In this document: piece after piece, positions 47,646 through 56,777 of the stretch
How positions within the stretch are numbered: position 1 is the first letter of the stretch
Layout of the letters: every line of letters begins with the position of its first letter
Assembly (NCBI GenBank): GCA_046292385.1
Contig: JBKBRF010000036.1
Coordinates: forward strand, 1 to 64,000
Direction: 5' to 3'
Length of the DNA stretch: 64,000 bases
DNA from: Armatimonadota bacterium
Lineage (GTDB): Bacteria > Armatimonadota > SYMT01
Notes under the pieces: generated by a model
Told to the model about the DNA's origin: nothing
The model's input: only the letters and a program-made list of their open reading frames with translations
Databases searched by the model: none
Program-made: the position numbers and the translations under genes

Positions 47646-48935
47646 ATGCGTTTTCTCAACACCCGTACGGACCCCGCCGAGCGCGTCACCGCGGCGCTGA
47701 CCCAATCGAACAGCCTCGACCTCCCCGAAGTGGAGGCCGCGGCGCGCGCCGTGATCGAGGAGGTCCGCCGGGGCGGCGATGCCGCGGTGCGGGACTGCCT
47801 CCGCCGCTTCGACCGGGTGGAGCTGGACGAGCTGGAAGTCTCCGCCGCGGAGCTCGACGCCGCCGAGGCGTTGGTTGACGCCGAGTTCATCCAGGCCGTG
47901 GAGACCTCCATCGCGAACGTGCGCGTCTTCCATGAGAAGCAGCGCCGCGAGAGCTGGGAGTGGACCGAAAACGGCGCCCGGCTGGGCCAGATCATCCGGC
48001 CGCTGGAGCGGGTCGGCGTGGTGGTGCCGGCGGGCAAGGCGCCGCTCCCGAGCACCCTGATCATGGCGGCGGTTCCGGCGCGCGTGGCGGGCGTGGATGA
48101 GGTGATCGTTTGCTCCACGCCGGGTAAGGACGGCGCCGTGAGCCCGTACACGCTCGTTGCGGCCCGGCGGGCGGGGGTGGACCGCGTCTTCAAGATCGGC
48201 GGGGCGCAGTCGGTGGCGGCGATGGCGTTCGGGACCGAGACGGTGCCGAAGGTCGACAAGATCGTCGGCCCCGGCAGCCCCTATACCGTTCTGGCGAAGC
48301 GGCTCGTCTATGGCCACGTCGACATCGAGAGCCTTCCCGGCCCCACGGAGGTGCTGGTGATCGCGGATGACACCGCCAACCCGCGCTGGATCGCCGCCGA
48401 CCTCCTCTCGCAGGCGGAGCACGGGGCGGACAGCCTGGCGGTGCTCCTGACCCCCAGCGAGGCGCTCGGCCGCGCCGTGGCGGCAGAGGTGGAGCGCCAG
48501 ATCCCCGGTCTCTCCCACGCCGACACGCTGCGCGCCTGCGTGCGGGAGCACGGCTGGGTGATCGTGACCCGCGACCTGGAAGAGGCGTGCGAGCTGGCGA
48601 ACCGCTGCGCGCCGGAGCACCTGGAGCTGGTGGTGGAAGACCCGGACGCCTGGCTGCCCCGCATCCGGCACGCCGGCGCCGTCTTCATCGGCGGCTACAC
48701 GCCGGAGCCGGTGGGGGACTACGTCGCCGGCCCGAGCCACATCCTGCCGACCGGCGGCACCGCCCGCTTCTCCTCCCCGCTCCACCTGGACGACTTCGTG
48801 AAGAAGATCTCCGTCCTCCGCTACACGCGGGAGCGCTTCGAGCGGGAAGCCGCGCACGTGATCCGCCTGGCGGAAGCGGAAACCCTGGACGCCCACGCCA
48901 ACGCGATCCGCGTCCGGCTGGAAGGTGGGGCGTAG
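47646..48935 (+). CDS. hisD: Histidinol dehydrogenase
   Basis: GGAQSVAAMAFGTE, KIVGPG, PGPTE, DLLSQAEH, APEHLEL, GDYVAGPSHILPT. Confidence 0.97.
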   Translation: MRFLNTRTDPAERVTAALTQSNSLDLPEVEAAARAVIEEVRRGGDAAVRDCLRRFDRVELDELEVSAAELDAAEALVDAEFIQAVETSIANVRVFHEKQRRESWEWTENGARLGQIIRPLERVGVVVPAGKAPLPSTLIMAAVPARVAGVDEVIVCSTPGKDGAVSPYTLVAARRAGVDRVFKIGGAQSVAAMAFGTETVPKVDKIVGPGSPYTVLAKRLVYGHVDIESLPGPTEVLVIADDTANPRWIAADLLSQAEHGADSLAVLLTPSEALGRAVAAEVERQIPGLSHADTLRACVREHGWVIVTRDLEEACELANRCAPEHLELVVEDPDAWLPRIRHAGAVFIGGYTPEPVGDYVAGPSHILPTGGTARFSSPLHLDDFVKKISVLRYTRERFEREAAHVIRLAEAETLDAHANAIRVRLEGGA

Positions 48936-48948
48936 CCGAACCTTCATT

Positions 48949-49209
48949 CACCACAGAGCGCACAGAGGGCACAGAGAGGAACCGAACCAGAATCCGAACC
49001 GGACTTACCGCCAAGAGCGCAAAGGACGCAAAGAGGAGCCAGAAGGAGAAACTCCGGGGCCGCAGTACGGAGCTCGAGACGCGCAGCAGGCCCATTCCTC
49101 TTGGCGAGCTTGGCGCTCTTGGCGGTTAGGGCTGGTTCCCTCTACACGCTCCGCGTCCTCTGCGGTGAATCCGGTTCGGAGTCTCTGTGTGCTCCGTACG
49201 CTCTGTGGT
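48949..49209. repeat. Nested REP/MITE-like element
   Basis: Outer ACCACAGAGCG/CGCTCTGTGGT, inner CCGCCAAGAGCGC/GCGCTCTTGGCGG; core near-identical to the reversed 2245-2330 copy. Confidence 0.88.
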
Positions 49210-49238
49210 TGACCTGTTCCATTCTGGAGGCTGATCGG

Positions 49239-50003
49239 ATGAGTCTGCAGCTATTCTCGCTCGAGGGTCGGGTGGCGCTGGTGACGGGCGGTAGTAAGGG
49301 GCTGGGGCTGGAGATGGCCCGGGCGCTGGCTGCCGCGGGGGCGGACGTGGCGATCACCTCCCGCAACCAGGCGGAGGTGGAAGAGGCGGCGCGGCTGGTG
49401 CGGGAAGAGACGGGGCGGCGCACGCTCGGTATCGAGGCGGATGCCGGCGTGGCCGCGGATGCTGACCGGATGGTGGCGCGCACCGCCGCGGAGCTAGGCC
49501 GGCTCGACATCCTGGTGAACAACGCCGGGATCAACCGGCACGCCTTCGTACAGGACCAGGGCGAGGAGGACTGGAACGCCGTGCTGCAGATCGACCTGAA
49601 CGGTCCGATGCTCTGCACGCGCGCGGCGGTCCGGCAGATGCTGGCGCAGGGGTACGGTCGCGTCATCAACATCTCCAGCATCTTCGGTCTCGTCGGCTAC
49701 CAGAAGCGCGGCGCCTACTGCGCCTCCAAGGGCGCGCTGGTGAACCTCACCAAGTGCTACGCGGTGGAGCTGGCGCAGACCGGCATCACCGTCAACTGCA
49801 TCTGTCCCGGCCCGTTCGAGACGCCGATGACCGCCAAGCTCGTCCAGGGCGCCAATCGCGAGGACTTCACCAACCGCATCCCGATGGGCCGCTGGGGGAG
49901 CCCGCAGGAGCTGGTCGGCGCGGTGCTCTACTTCGCCTCCGACGCGGCGGCGTTCACCACCGGCGCGGTGCTCGCCGTCGACGGCGGCTGGACCGCGATC
50001 TGA
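49239..50003 (+). CDS. SDR family oxidoreductase
   Basis: TGGSKGLG, NNAGI, YCASK, DGGWTA; GGAGG RBS. Confidence 0.93.
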   Translation: MSLQLFSLEGRVALVTGGSKGLGLEMARALAAAGADVAITSRNQAEVEEAARLVREETGRRTLGIEADAGVAADADRMVARTAAELGRLDILVNNAGINRHAFVQDQGEEDWNAVLQIDLNGPMLCTRAAVRQMLAQGYGRVINISSIFGLVGYQKRGAYCASKGALVNLTKCYAVELAQTGITVNCICPGPFETPMTAKLVQGANREDFTNRIPMGRWGSPQELVGAVLYFASDAAAFTTGAVLAVDGGWTAI

Positions 50004-50061
50004 TGCTGGGGATGGACGGGGCAGCGAGCACGCTCAGGTTTCCGGGACCACTCCGCGGACA

Positions 50062-50158
50062 CAGCCTTTGGAGTGCGGCAGCTTGCTGCCGCTTTCCGGC
50101 GACCGCTCCCGCACCCGGCAGCCGAAAGCGAGAGCAAGCTCTCGCACTCCAAAGGCTG
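50062..50158. repeat. REP doublet GGAGTGCG…GCTTT / AAAGC…CGCACTCC
   Basis: Terminal IR CAGCCTTTGGAGTGCG/CGCACTCCAAAGGCTG; each arm has an internal hairpin. Confidence 0.85.
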
Positions 50159-50190
50159 GCTCGACGGGTGGGTGTGACTAACCGGGAAGC

Positions 50191-51111
50191 ATGGATGGTG
50201 CCGGCATGACGCACGCTGAAGCCTCACCGGGCCTTACCGCCGCCTGTCCCCCCAAGCTCAACCTCTACCTGCGGATCGTCCGCCGCCGGGAGGACGGCTT
50301 TCACGAGCTGGAGACCGTCTTCCAATCGGTCTCCGGCGGCGACCTCCTCACGGCGGAGCCGGCGGAGGAGCTTTCGCTCCACTGCGACGCGCCGGGGGTG
50401 CCGTCGGACCGGACGAACCTGGTCTACCAGGCGGCGCTGCTCCTCCAGGAGCGGTATCCGGAGGCGGCGGGGCGCGGCGCCCGGTTGACGCTGGAGAAGC
50501 ACACGCCGAGCGGGGCGGGGATGGGCGGCGGTAGCGTCGACGCCGCGGCGGCGCTGGTGCTGCTGGAGCGTCTCTGGAACCTGCAGGTCGCCCCGGAAGA
50601 GCGCGCCGCGCTGGCGGCGGAGCTGGGGTCCGACGTCCCCTTCTTCCTCACCGGGGGCACGGCGCTGGCCCGCGGGCGAGGCGAGCTGCTTCAGCCGCTG
50701 CCGACCGCTCCGCTCTGGCTGGTGCTGCTCCGCCCGCCGGTGAGCGTGAGCACGCCGTGGGCTTACCGGCAGTGGCATCCGGAGGCGTGCGGCGGCGCCT
50801 CCGTGGAGGAGTTCTCCGCGGCGCTCGCCGGCGGTGACCCGGCGGCGGTGGCGGCGGCCATGCGCAACGACCTGGAGCCGGGAGTCGCAGACGGGGTGCC
50901 GGAGATCGCGGCGGCCCGCGAGTGGCTGCTCCGCGCGGGGGCGCTGGGCGCGCGGATGACCGGCAGCGGGAGCGTCGTCTTCGGCATCGCGCGGGACGTG
51001 GCGCACGCGCGGGAGATCGCGGCGACGCCCGGCGCGCCGGGGCACGTCTGGACTGCCCGCGCGCTTACGGCGGGGGAGGCGGCGCTGGAGCCGCGGCCGC
51101 TTCACCGCTGA
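50191..51111 (+). CDS. ispE: 4-diphosphocytidyl-2-C-methyl-D-erythritol kinase
   Basis: PKLNLYL, DGFHELETVFQ, GAGMGGGS.DAA, LGSDVPFF, MTGSGS; start at 50191 or 50206. Confidence 0.95.
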   Translation: MDGAGMTHAEASPGLTAACPPKLNLYLRIVRRREDGFHELETVFQSVSGGDLLTAEPAEELSLHCDAPGVPSDRTNLVYQAALLLQERYPEAAGRGARLTLEKHTPSGAGMGGGSVDAAAALVLLERLWNLQVAPEERAALAAELGSDVPFFLTGGTALARGRGELLQPLPTAPLWLVLLRPPVSVSTPWAYRQWHPEACGGASVEEFSAALAGGDPAAVAAAMRNDLEPGVADGVPEIAAAREWLLRAGALGARMTGSGSVVFGIARDVAHAREIAATPGAPGHVWTARALTAGEAALEPRPLHR

Positions 51112-52732
51112 TCGCCCGGCGGACCCGCTCCTCGCGCTCGGCCGCCGAGAGCCGGGCCCACTCCTGGTCCCACTCCCGCAGCTCCGCCTCGCTGCGGCGG
51201 GAGTAGACGGCGAAGCGGAAGTCCTTGCGCAGGTGCGCGGGGAGGTCGAGCCCGGAGAAGGTCGCCCGCGCCCGGTAGCGGCGCGCGAACTCCGTCCGCT
51301 CCGCCTCGTCCGCGAACATCGGCACGCGGCTGTTGATCGTCAGGTTGCGCAGCAGGAAGTAGGGCCGCTCCACCACGTACGGCGGCTCGAGCTGGCGCAG
51401 CATCTCCCCGAACCAGCCGCCGCCCCGGCGGTTGAGCGGCACCATCTCCGGGGAGACGAGCCCGACCTCGTCCAGCACCGGGCGCTGCGAGTAGTAGCCG
51501 ACGTAGCCGATCGGCTCCATCGCCACGCGCGCGCCGGGCGGGGTCCGCTCCCGCAGCCAGAGCCCGATCTCCCGCCGCACGCTCGTCTCGCCCTCTTGCT
51601 GGCGCCGCGAGTCGGCGGCGGTCGGCAGCAGCCAGGCGACCAGCCCCAGCGCAAAGAGCGCGAGGACTCCGGCAGAGGCCGCGCGCGCGGTGCCGGGCCG
51701 CAGCCGGTCCTGGGCCAGCCGGTGGAGGCTGGCGAAGCCGAGGGCGCTCAGGACGTAGGCGGGAAGCAGCAGGAGCGGGAAGTACCAGACGAAGAGCAGC
51801 GTCTTCGGCAGCACCAGGTAGGCCCACCAGACGCCGAGCAGCAGCACCAGCGGGCGCGCCGGGGTGCGCCATCCGGCCCGCAGTCCCGCCATCAGGCACG
51901 GCGCCAGCAGCGCGAGGGCGAGCAGGCGTCCCGCGGGGAGGTGCGCCGGCAGCACCTGCGCGAGGGTGTCCTGGACGTTCGGCCAGTGCGACGGCCGGTG
52001 GAGGTTGTACGCCGCCGCCTTGGCGGGAATGCTGTGCGGCACGGGGGAGCCGTAGTAGAGCGTGGCGGGGATCACCCACGGCGCCACGAGCACCGCCGCC
52101 AGGAGCGCCGGAGCCCACGGCAGCCGTCCGGTGCGGCGCCACCGGAGCCCGAGGAGCACCAGGCCGGCGAGCGCCCCCTCGGGCCGGACGAGCGTGAGCA
52201 GCCCGAGCGCCGCGCCGAGCGCCCGCGGGCGGTCCGCCGCGTCGGCGAGGAAGGCGAGGGTGAGCAGCAGCAGCGCGAAGGAAGTCTCCATCCCGCTCAC
52301 GGAGACCGGCACGATCACCGGCGAGAGGCCGAACAGCAGCGACCACCAGAGCACCGCCGGCAGGCTGCGCGTCTGGCCGCCGAGCCAGCGCGCCCAGAGC
52401 AGCAGCGTCAGGCCGTCGGCCAGGCCGGTCAGCAGGCGCACCCAGTAGAGCGGGTCGAGCCCCAGCCGGGAGAACCCGGCCAGGAAGAGGACGTGCAGCG
52501 GGGTAGAGGCGCCGAAGACCCGCTCGCCCGGGTTGTAGACCAGTCCGTGCCCCGCCGCCAGGTTCTCCGCGTAGCGCAGGGAGATGAAGGCGTCTTCGTA
52601 GATGGCGCCGGTCCAGAACAGGTAGGCCCACCGCACCCCCACCGCGGCGCACGCCAGGAAGAGTGCCCACGGGAGCGAGGGGACCGGACCCTTGTCCGGG
52701 AGCGGCGGGCGGCTGGAGGGAGTGGACGGCAT
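51065..52732 (-). CDS. Multi-pass membrane protein, GT-C glycosyltransferase-like
   Basis: EDAFISLRYAENL..G.GLVYNPGERV.G.STPL, SGMET, RPEG, IGYVGYYS, DEVGLVSP. Confidence 0.8.
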   Translation of the reverse strand: MPSTPSSRPPLPDKGPVPSLPWALFLACAAVGVRWAYLFWTGAIYEDAFISLRYAENLAAGHGLVYNPGERVFGASTPLHVLFLAGFSRLGLDPLYWVRLLTGLADGLTLLLWARWLGGQTRSLPAVLWWSLLFGLSPVIVPVSVSGMETSFALLLLTLAFLADAADRPRALGAALGLLTLVRPEGALAGLVLLGLRWRRTGRLPWAPALLAAVLVAPWVIPATLYYGSPVPHSIPAKAAAYNLHRPSHWPNVQDTLAQVLPAHLPAGRLLALALLAPCLMAGLRAGWRTPARPLVLLLGVWWAYLVLPKTLLFVWYFPLLLLPAYVLSALGFASLHRLAQDRLRPGTARAASAGVLALFALGLVAWLLPTAADSRRQQEGETSVRREIGLWLRERTPPGARVAMEPIGYVGYYSQRPVLDEVGLVSPEMVPLNRRGGGWFGEMLRQLEPPYVVERPYFLLRNLTINSRVPMFADEAERTEFARRYRARATFSGLDLPAHLRKDFRFAVYSRRSEAELREWDQEWARLSAAEREERVRRAISGEAAAAPAPPPPP

Positions 52733-52873
52733 ACGGCGGGGGCGGGACAGCGTCGATCGCGCACTCAAGTATACTCGTGCCGGCCGCCTGAAGGCGCCTG
52801 CCGCGTTTGTCCCGCGCGCCGGCCGTCGATACAACGGATGGGTCCCTGTTCGGCGCCGGTCCTCTCTAAAGCA

Positions 52874-53530
52874 ATGCAGACGCTCCGCATCCCGATTTTT
52901 CCGCTGAACGTCGTGCTCTTTCCGGGCATGCTGCTCCCGCTGCACATCTTCGAGCCGCGTTATCAGGAGATGGTCCGCGCCTGCCTCGATCGCGACGGCC
53001 GGTTCGGCGTCTGCCTGATCCGCTCCGGGGTGGAGGTGGGCGGGCCGGCCGACCCGTACCCCGTGGGCACCACCTGCCGGATCCTCCAGGTGACGCCGCT
53101 GGGGGAGGGGAAGCTGGACCTCAGCACGGTCGGCCACCAGCGCTTCCGGATCGTGCGCCTTTACCACGAGCGTCCCTACCTGGAAGCGGAGGTCGAGCTG
53201 CTCGACGACGTGGGCGGAGAGCTCGGCGACCTGCCGGCGCGGCTGCGAGACGCCGTGGAGCAGTACGTGCTGCGGATGCTGCCGAGCGCCTCGCCGGAGG
53301 CGGTGACGCTTCCGGACGACCCGCTGCTGCTCTCCCACCTGGCGGGCGCGGTGCTCCAGATCTCCCCGGAAGAGCGGCAGGAGGTGCTGGAGATCGACTC
53401 CCTCCCGGAGCGCCTGCGCCGCCAACTGGAGCTCTTCGCGGAAGAGATGACACGCCTGGAGCGCGCGGAGCCGGAGCGGCTGGTCGCGCGGCCGCTGCAC
53501 CCGGACCCGAGCAAGTTCTCGCCGAATTGA
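52874..53530 (+). CDS. LON peptidase N-terminal substrate-binding domain protein
   Basis: IPIFPLNVVLFPG..LPLHIFEPRY..MV..C. Confidence 0.92.
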   Translation: MQTLRIPIFPLNVVLFPGMLLPLHIFEPRYQEMVRACLDRDGRFGVCLIRSGVEVGGPADPYPVGTTCRILQVTPLGEGKLDLSTVGHQRFRIVRLYHERPYLEAEVELLDDVGGELGDLPARLRDAVEQYVLRMLPSASPEAVTLPDDPLLLSHLAGAVLQISPEERQEVLEIDSLPERLRRQLELFAEEMTRLERAEPERLVARPLHPDPSKFSPN

Positions 53531-53531
53531 G

Positions 53532-53683
53532 GTATCGCGTATTGCGTATTCCGTATTGCGTAGCGGCTCGCTTGCACCGTTTCACAACACGTCGTGCCGG
53601 GCGAGACGTTTCTTGGAGCTTCTCGCCCGGCACGACGTACTGCAACGAGGTAGCAGCCGACCGTTACGCAATACGGAATACGC
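53532..53683. repeat. Nested palindrome: (CGTATTG)n outer arms with an inner 18-bp IR
   Basis: Perfect 19-bp IR 53544-53562/53665-53683 and 18-bp IR 53589-53606/53621-53638. Confidence 0.9.
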
Positions 53684-53757
53684 ACTACGAGAACCCCGCT
53701 GGAGCGCTGTACTCCGCGCCGACCCGCCAGGCCGCCGCGGGGGAGACGGGCCGCCAG

Positions 53758-54561
53758 CTAGAAAAACCGCTGCTCGTCCACGTACTTCCGCTGGAAGTCC
53801 TCGTCGGTCGACGCGAGGTAGAGGATCCCCTGGAGGATGCTGAGCGGCGCGGTGACGATCGTCCCGATGCAGAACGGGAGGTTCATCGCCAGGAAGGCGA
53901 GACCCCACTTCGGCTGGTTCAGGTAGAAGAAGTGGATGCCGAGCCAGCCGAGGAAGATCGCCAGCAGCCCGGCGATGACCCGGTCCTTCTGAGGCCGCAC
54001 CGGATGGTAGACGACATACGGCGCGGGATGCGGCGCGTAGCTGGGGCCGGGCAGCGGGGGCGGGACCGGGGGGAAAGGCGCCGCGGGCGGCTCCGGCCGC
54101 AGGGGCGGGGCCGCGGCGGGGTCCTCGAAGCGGAACTGGGCTTCCCCCATCCGCAGCTCGTCCCCGTGGCGCAGCACCGCGTGGCCGGGCACCGGGGCTC
54201 CGTTGAGCACCACTCCCTGGTTGGAGCCGAGGTCCTCCACTGCGAAGTAGGGGTGGACGCGGTAGATGCGCGCGTGCCGGTCCGCCAGCAGCGGCACCCG
54301 GTCCAGGGTGACGTCGTTCCCCAGCTCGCGCCCGATGGTGACCGGCTTCTCCGGGCTCAGGGGGATTACCACGCCGGAGAGGTCCGGTCCCAGCCCCACC
54401 AGGCGAGCTCCGGTGGGCTCCGGCGGCGACGTCGCTCCTCCCTCGGCGGCAGCGCCCTCCGCGTCCGGCCGGGCGAGACCGCAGCGGGCGCAGCGGGTGG
54501 CGGGGGAGACGTTGGGCGTCCCGCAGAAGCAGGTCCAGAGCTGGCCGCGACCCACGTTCAT
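53758..54561 (-). CDS. Zinc ribbon + FHA + TM2 (NINE) domain membrane protein
   Basis: WTCFCG..N….RCARCG; IGR…H…EDLGS..G; KDRVIAGLLAIFLGWLGIHFFYL. Confidence 0.85.
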   Translation of the reverse strand: MNVGRGQLWTCFCGTPNVSPATRCARCGLARPDAEGAAAEGGATSPPEPTGARLVGLGPDLSGVVIPLSPEKPVTIGRELGNDVTLDRVPLLADRHARIYRVHPYFAVEDLGSNQGVVLNGAPVPGHAVLRHGDELRMGEAQFRFEDPAAAPPLRPEPPAAPFPPVPPPLPGPSYAPHPAPYVVYHPVRPQKDRVIAGLLAIFLGWLGIHFFYLNQPKWGLAFLAMNLPFCIGTIVTAPLSILQGILYLASTDEDFQRKYVDEQRFF

Positions 54562-54592
54562 CCTGTCACCCTGCTCCTCCACTCGGCCTAGT

Positions 54593-55459
54593 TCAAGCGA
54601 GTCCTGCCTCCGCGAAGACGCGGTCCAGGCTTTCCATAGTAACGCGCGCCGCCTGCAGCGGGTCACGCTCCGCGAGCTCCCGCAGGGGCTGGTTGAACGG
54701 CTCCACCGTGACCGGCCCCTCGTAACCGATCTCGTGGAGGGTCCGCAGCAGGTCGCCGTTCGGGATGACGCCGGTCTCCGCCGGCAGGCACCGCCGGTTG
54801 TCGATCTGGTCCAGCACGTCGATGCCGGCGGGGGCATCGTTGAGATGGACGTAGACCACGTCCTCCGCGGTCAGCTTGCGCAGGTCGTCCAGCGTGCTCT
54901 GCGCGGTGTACCAGTGCCAGACGTCGAAGAGCAGGCCGACGTTCCCGGTGCCGACCGCGCAGGCGAGGGTGAGCATGCCGTCCATCGTGTGGACGAACCC
55001 GTACCGGTGCGGCGCGCGGCTGGTGCGGGGGCCGATGAACTCCAGGCCGAGGGAGTGGCCGTAGTCTCGCAGGATCTCCGCGGAGAGTCGGAAGCGGCGC
55101 ACCACCCGGTCGAAGTGCTCCTGCCGCGGCAGCTCGTCGCTCCAGCCGAGGACCCAGGTAAAGGTACGGAAGCAGCCGAGCTCCGCGGCCAATCGGGCCT
55201 GGGCCGGCAGCTCGCCCAGGCTCTCGAAGAACTCGTCCTCGGTGCCGCGCCACTGGACCGGAAAGCTCCAGCCGCCCAGCTTCAGCCCGCGCTCCGCGTA
55301 GAGCGCGCGCACCGAGTCGGTACCTCGCGCCGCCGCCAGCGCCTGCGCGTCCGAGATGTTCAGGTCGGCTCCCTCGAACCCGGCCTGCCGCGCCAGGTCG
55401 AGGCCTTCCACCCAACCGCACTTGATTCCAATCGCCCCGGGGGCCAGGTTCTTGAACAT
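54593..55459 (-). CDS. Sugar phosphate isomerase/epimerase (xylose isomerase-like TIM barrel)
   Basis: GLEFIGP, LLFD.WHW, VHLND, GYEGPVTVE. Confidence 0.9.
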   Translation of the reverse strand: MFKNLAPGAIGIKCGWVEGLDLARQAGFEGADLNISDAQALAAARGTDSVRALYAERGLKLGGWSFPVQWRGTEDEFFESLGELPAQARLAAELGCFRTFTWVLGWSDELPRQEHFDRVVRRFRLSAEILRDYGHSLGLEFIGPRTSRAPHRYGFVHTMDGMLTLACAVGTGNVGLLFDVWHWYTAQSTLDDLRKLTAEDVVYVHLNDAPAGIDVLDQIDNRRCLPAETGVIPNGDLLRTLHEIGYEGPVTVEPFNQPLRELAERDPLQAARVTMESLDRVFAEAGLA

Positions 55460-55575
55460 CCGCCGCGCTCCTCTACTATCCTACCCGCATGGCCGCGTCG
55501 TGCCTCCGCTCGCCCGCCGGGCCACGGTAACGCTTCGGTGCCGCGCGGCGGCGCACCTGCGACCGCCGCGTACAC

Positions 55576-55615
55576 GAAAAGAGCGGGGCGCCCGGAGGCA
55601 CCCCGCTCCCTTTTC
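55576..55615. terminator. Intrinsic terminator, possibly bidirectional
   Basis: GAAAAGAGCGGGG…CCCCGCTCCCTTTTC. Confidence 0.75.
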
Positions 55616-55635
55616 GATCCGGCCTGGGCCCGCGA

Positions 55636-56436
55636 TTAGCGGTCCCACTTCCAGATGAAGCTGCCGAAGATCGTGCTGTGCTTGCCGCCGCCGAGCTGGA
55701 GGATCAGGTTCTCGTTCGCCGCGTAGGTCGCGGTGATCGCCCAGAAGTCCTCCAGGTCCACGTCGTTGTCGAACGTGTAGCTGGCGGAGAAGGAGAGGCG
55801 GTCGAACGGATTCCAGGTGGCGCCGATCGCGGCGATGAAGTCGCTGTCGTCACGGAAGAAATCCGGATCGATGTGCGACCACCCCAGGTTCACCGTCGCG
55901 AACAGGGTGTCGGTGAGCCGCTGGTCCGCCGCGAGGGCGACGTCCCAGCGCTGCGCCACGTCGTCCTGGTCCTGGTAGCCGACGTTGAGGCTGACCGCCG
56001 GCAGGTTGGCGTTCTGGGGCTCCCAGATCACCACCTTGCCGCCCACGGCAAAGCCGAAGAAGTCGTCCTCGAAGCCGAAGCGCTCGACGTCGACGTGGGT
56101 GTTGAAGAGGCTGACCCCGATCTGCCAGGGGAGCCCGCTACCGGAGTTGGCGTAGCCGAGGCTCACGCCGTAGGTCAGCAGGTCGCCGAGGCCGCCCGGC
56201 AGGTCGCTGGAGCGGATGAACGGTGCCGCGAGAATGCGGCTGGTGGGGTTCTCCACGTCCGACGGAGACGCCTGGAGGGCGGTCATCGGGCGCGGATCGC
56301 CTTCACTCGGGAGGAACGTGCGACCACCATAGATCTGGTCGTACGACTCCAGGAACTTCGGGTCCGCCGAAGCCGGCGAGCCCGCGCCGACCGCCAGCAG
56401 AGCCAGCGAGGCGACGATGAGAGACTTACGGAACAT
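55636..56436 (-). CDS. Secreted, probable outer-membrane beta-barrel protein
   Basis: Signal peptide MFRKSLIVA…ASA; alternating amphipathic strands; aromatic C-terminal strand. Confidence 0.7.
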   Translation of the reverse strand: MFRKSLIVASLALLAVGAGSPASADPKFLESYDQIYGGRTFLPSEGDPRPMTALQASPSDVENPTSRILAAPFIRSSDLPGGLGDLLTYGVSLGYANSGSGLPWQIGVSLFNTHVDVERFGFEDDFFGFAVGGKVVIWEPQNANLPAVSLNVGYQDQDDVAQRWDVALAADQRLTDTLFATVNLGWSHIDPDFFRDDSDFIAAIGATWNPFDRLSFSASYTFDNDVDLEDFWAITATYAANENLILQLGGGKHSTIFGSFIWKWDR

Positions 56437-56539
56437 GATCAGCCCTTTCTGGAGCCAACATGCTGACGGTGTCCATGTTTCCCGCCAGCGTATTGAACGC
56501 CCGGCAACCTCAGGCTTGGGGGTTGCCGGGACACCTAGT

Positions 56540-56568
56540 AGTCTACAGTGGCTAAAGCGATCGGACAA
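56540..56568 (-). promoter_or_regulatory. Sigma70-type promoter for the beta-barrel gene
   Basis: Minus strand TTGTCC-N17-TAGACT. Confidence 0.55.
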
Positions 56569-56777
56569 GCGGTCGTTTAGCGATCAAACAGCGTGTGTGC
56601 TGCAGATCACAGGAGTATTCTCGGTTGCTTGCCGGATATGCTAGCAACCTCGATGTCCGCTGGCCCTCGTCGTGACGCCGCCGGTTGCGGGGTGGGGGAG
56701 AGGGAACTGGTCGAAAGGCGGCGGCACCGGTAACCTGAGGGTGGCCGCAGGGCGCGGTCTCGCAGTAGGAGCGTTAG

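Noticed and set aside
56695..56740. Cobalamin riboswitch-like AGGGAA…GGTCGAAA
   Set aside because: No GCCCCCGC/ACTGT or B12-box elements follow.
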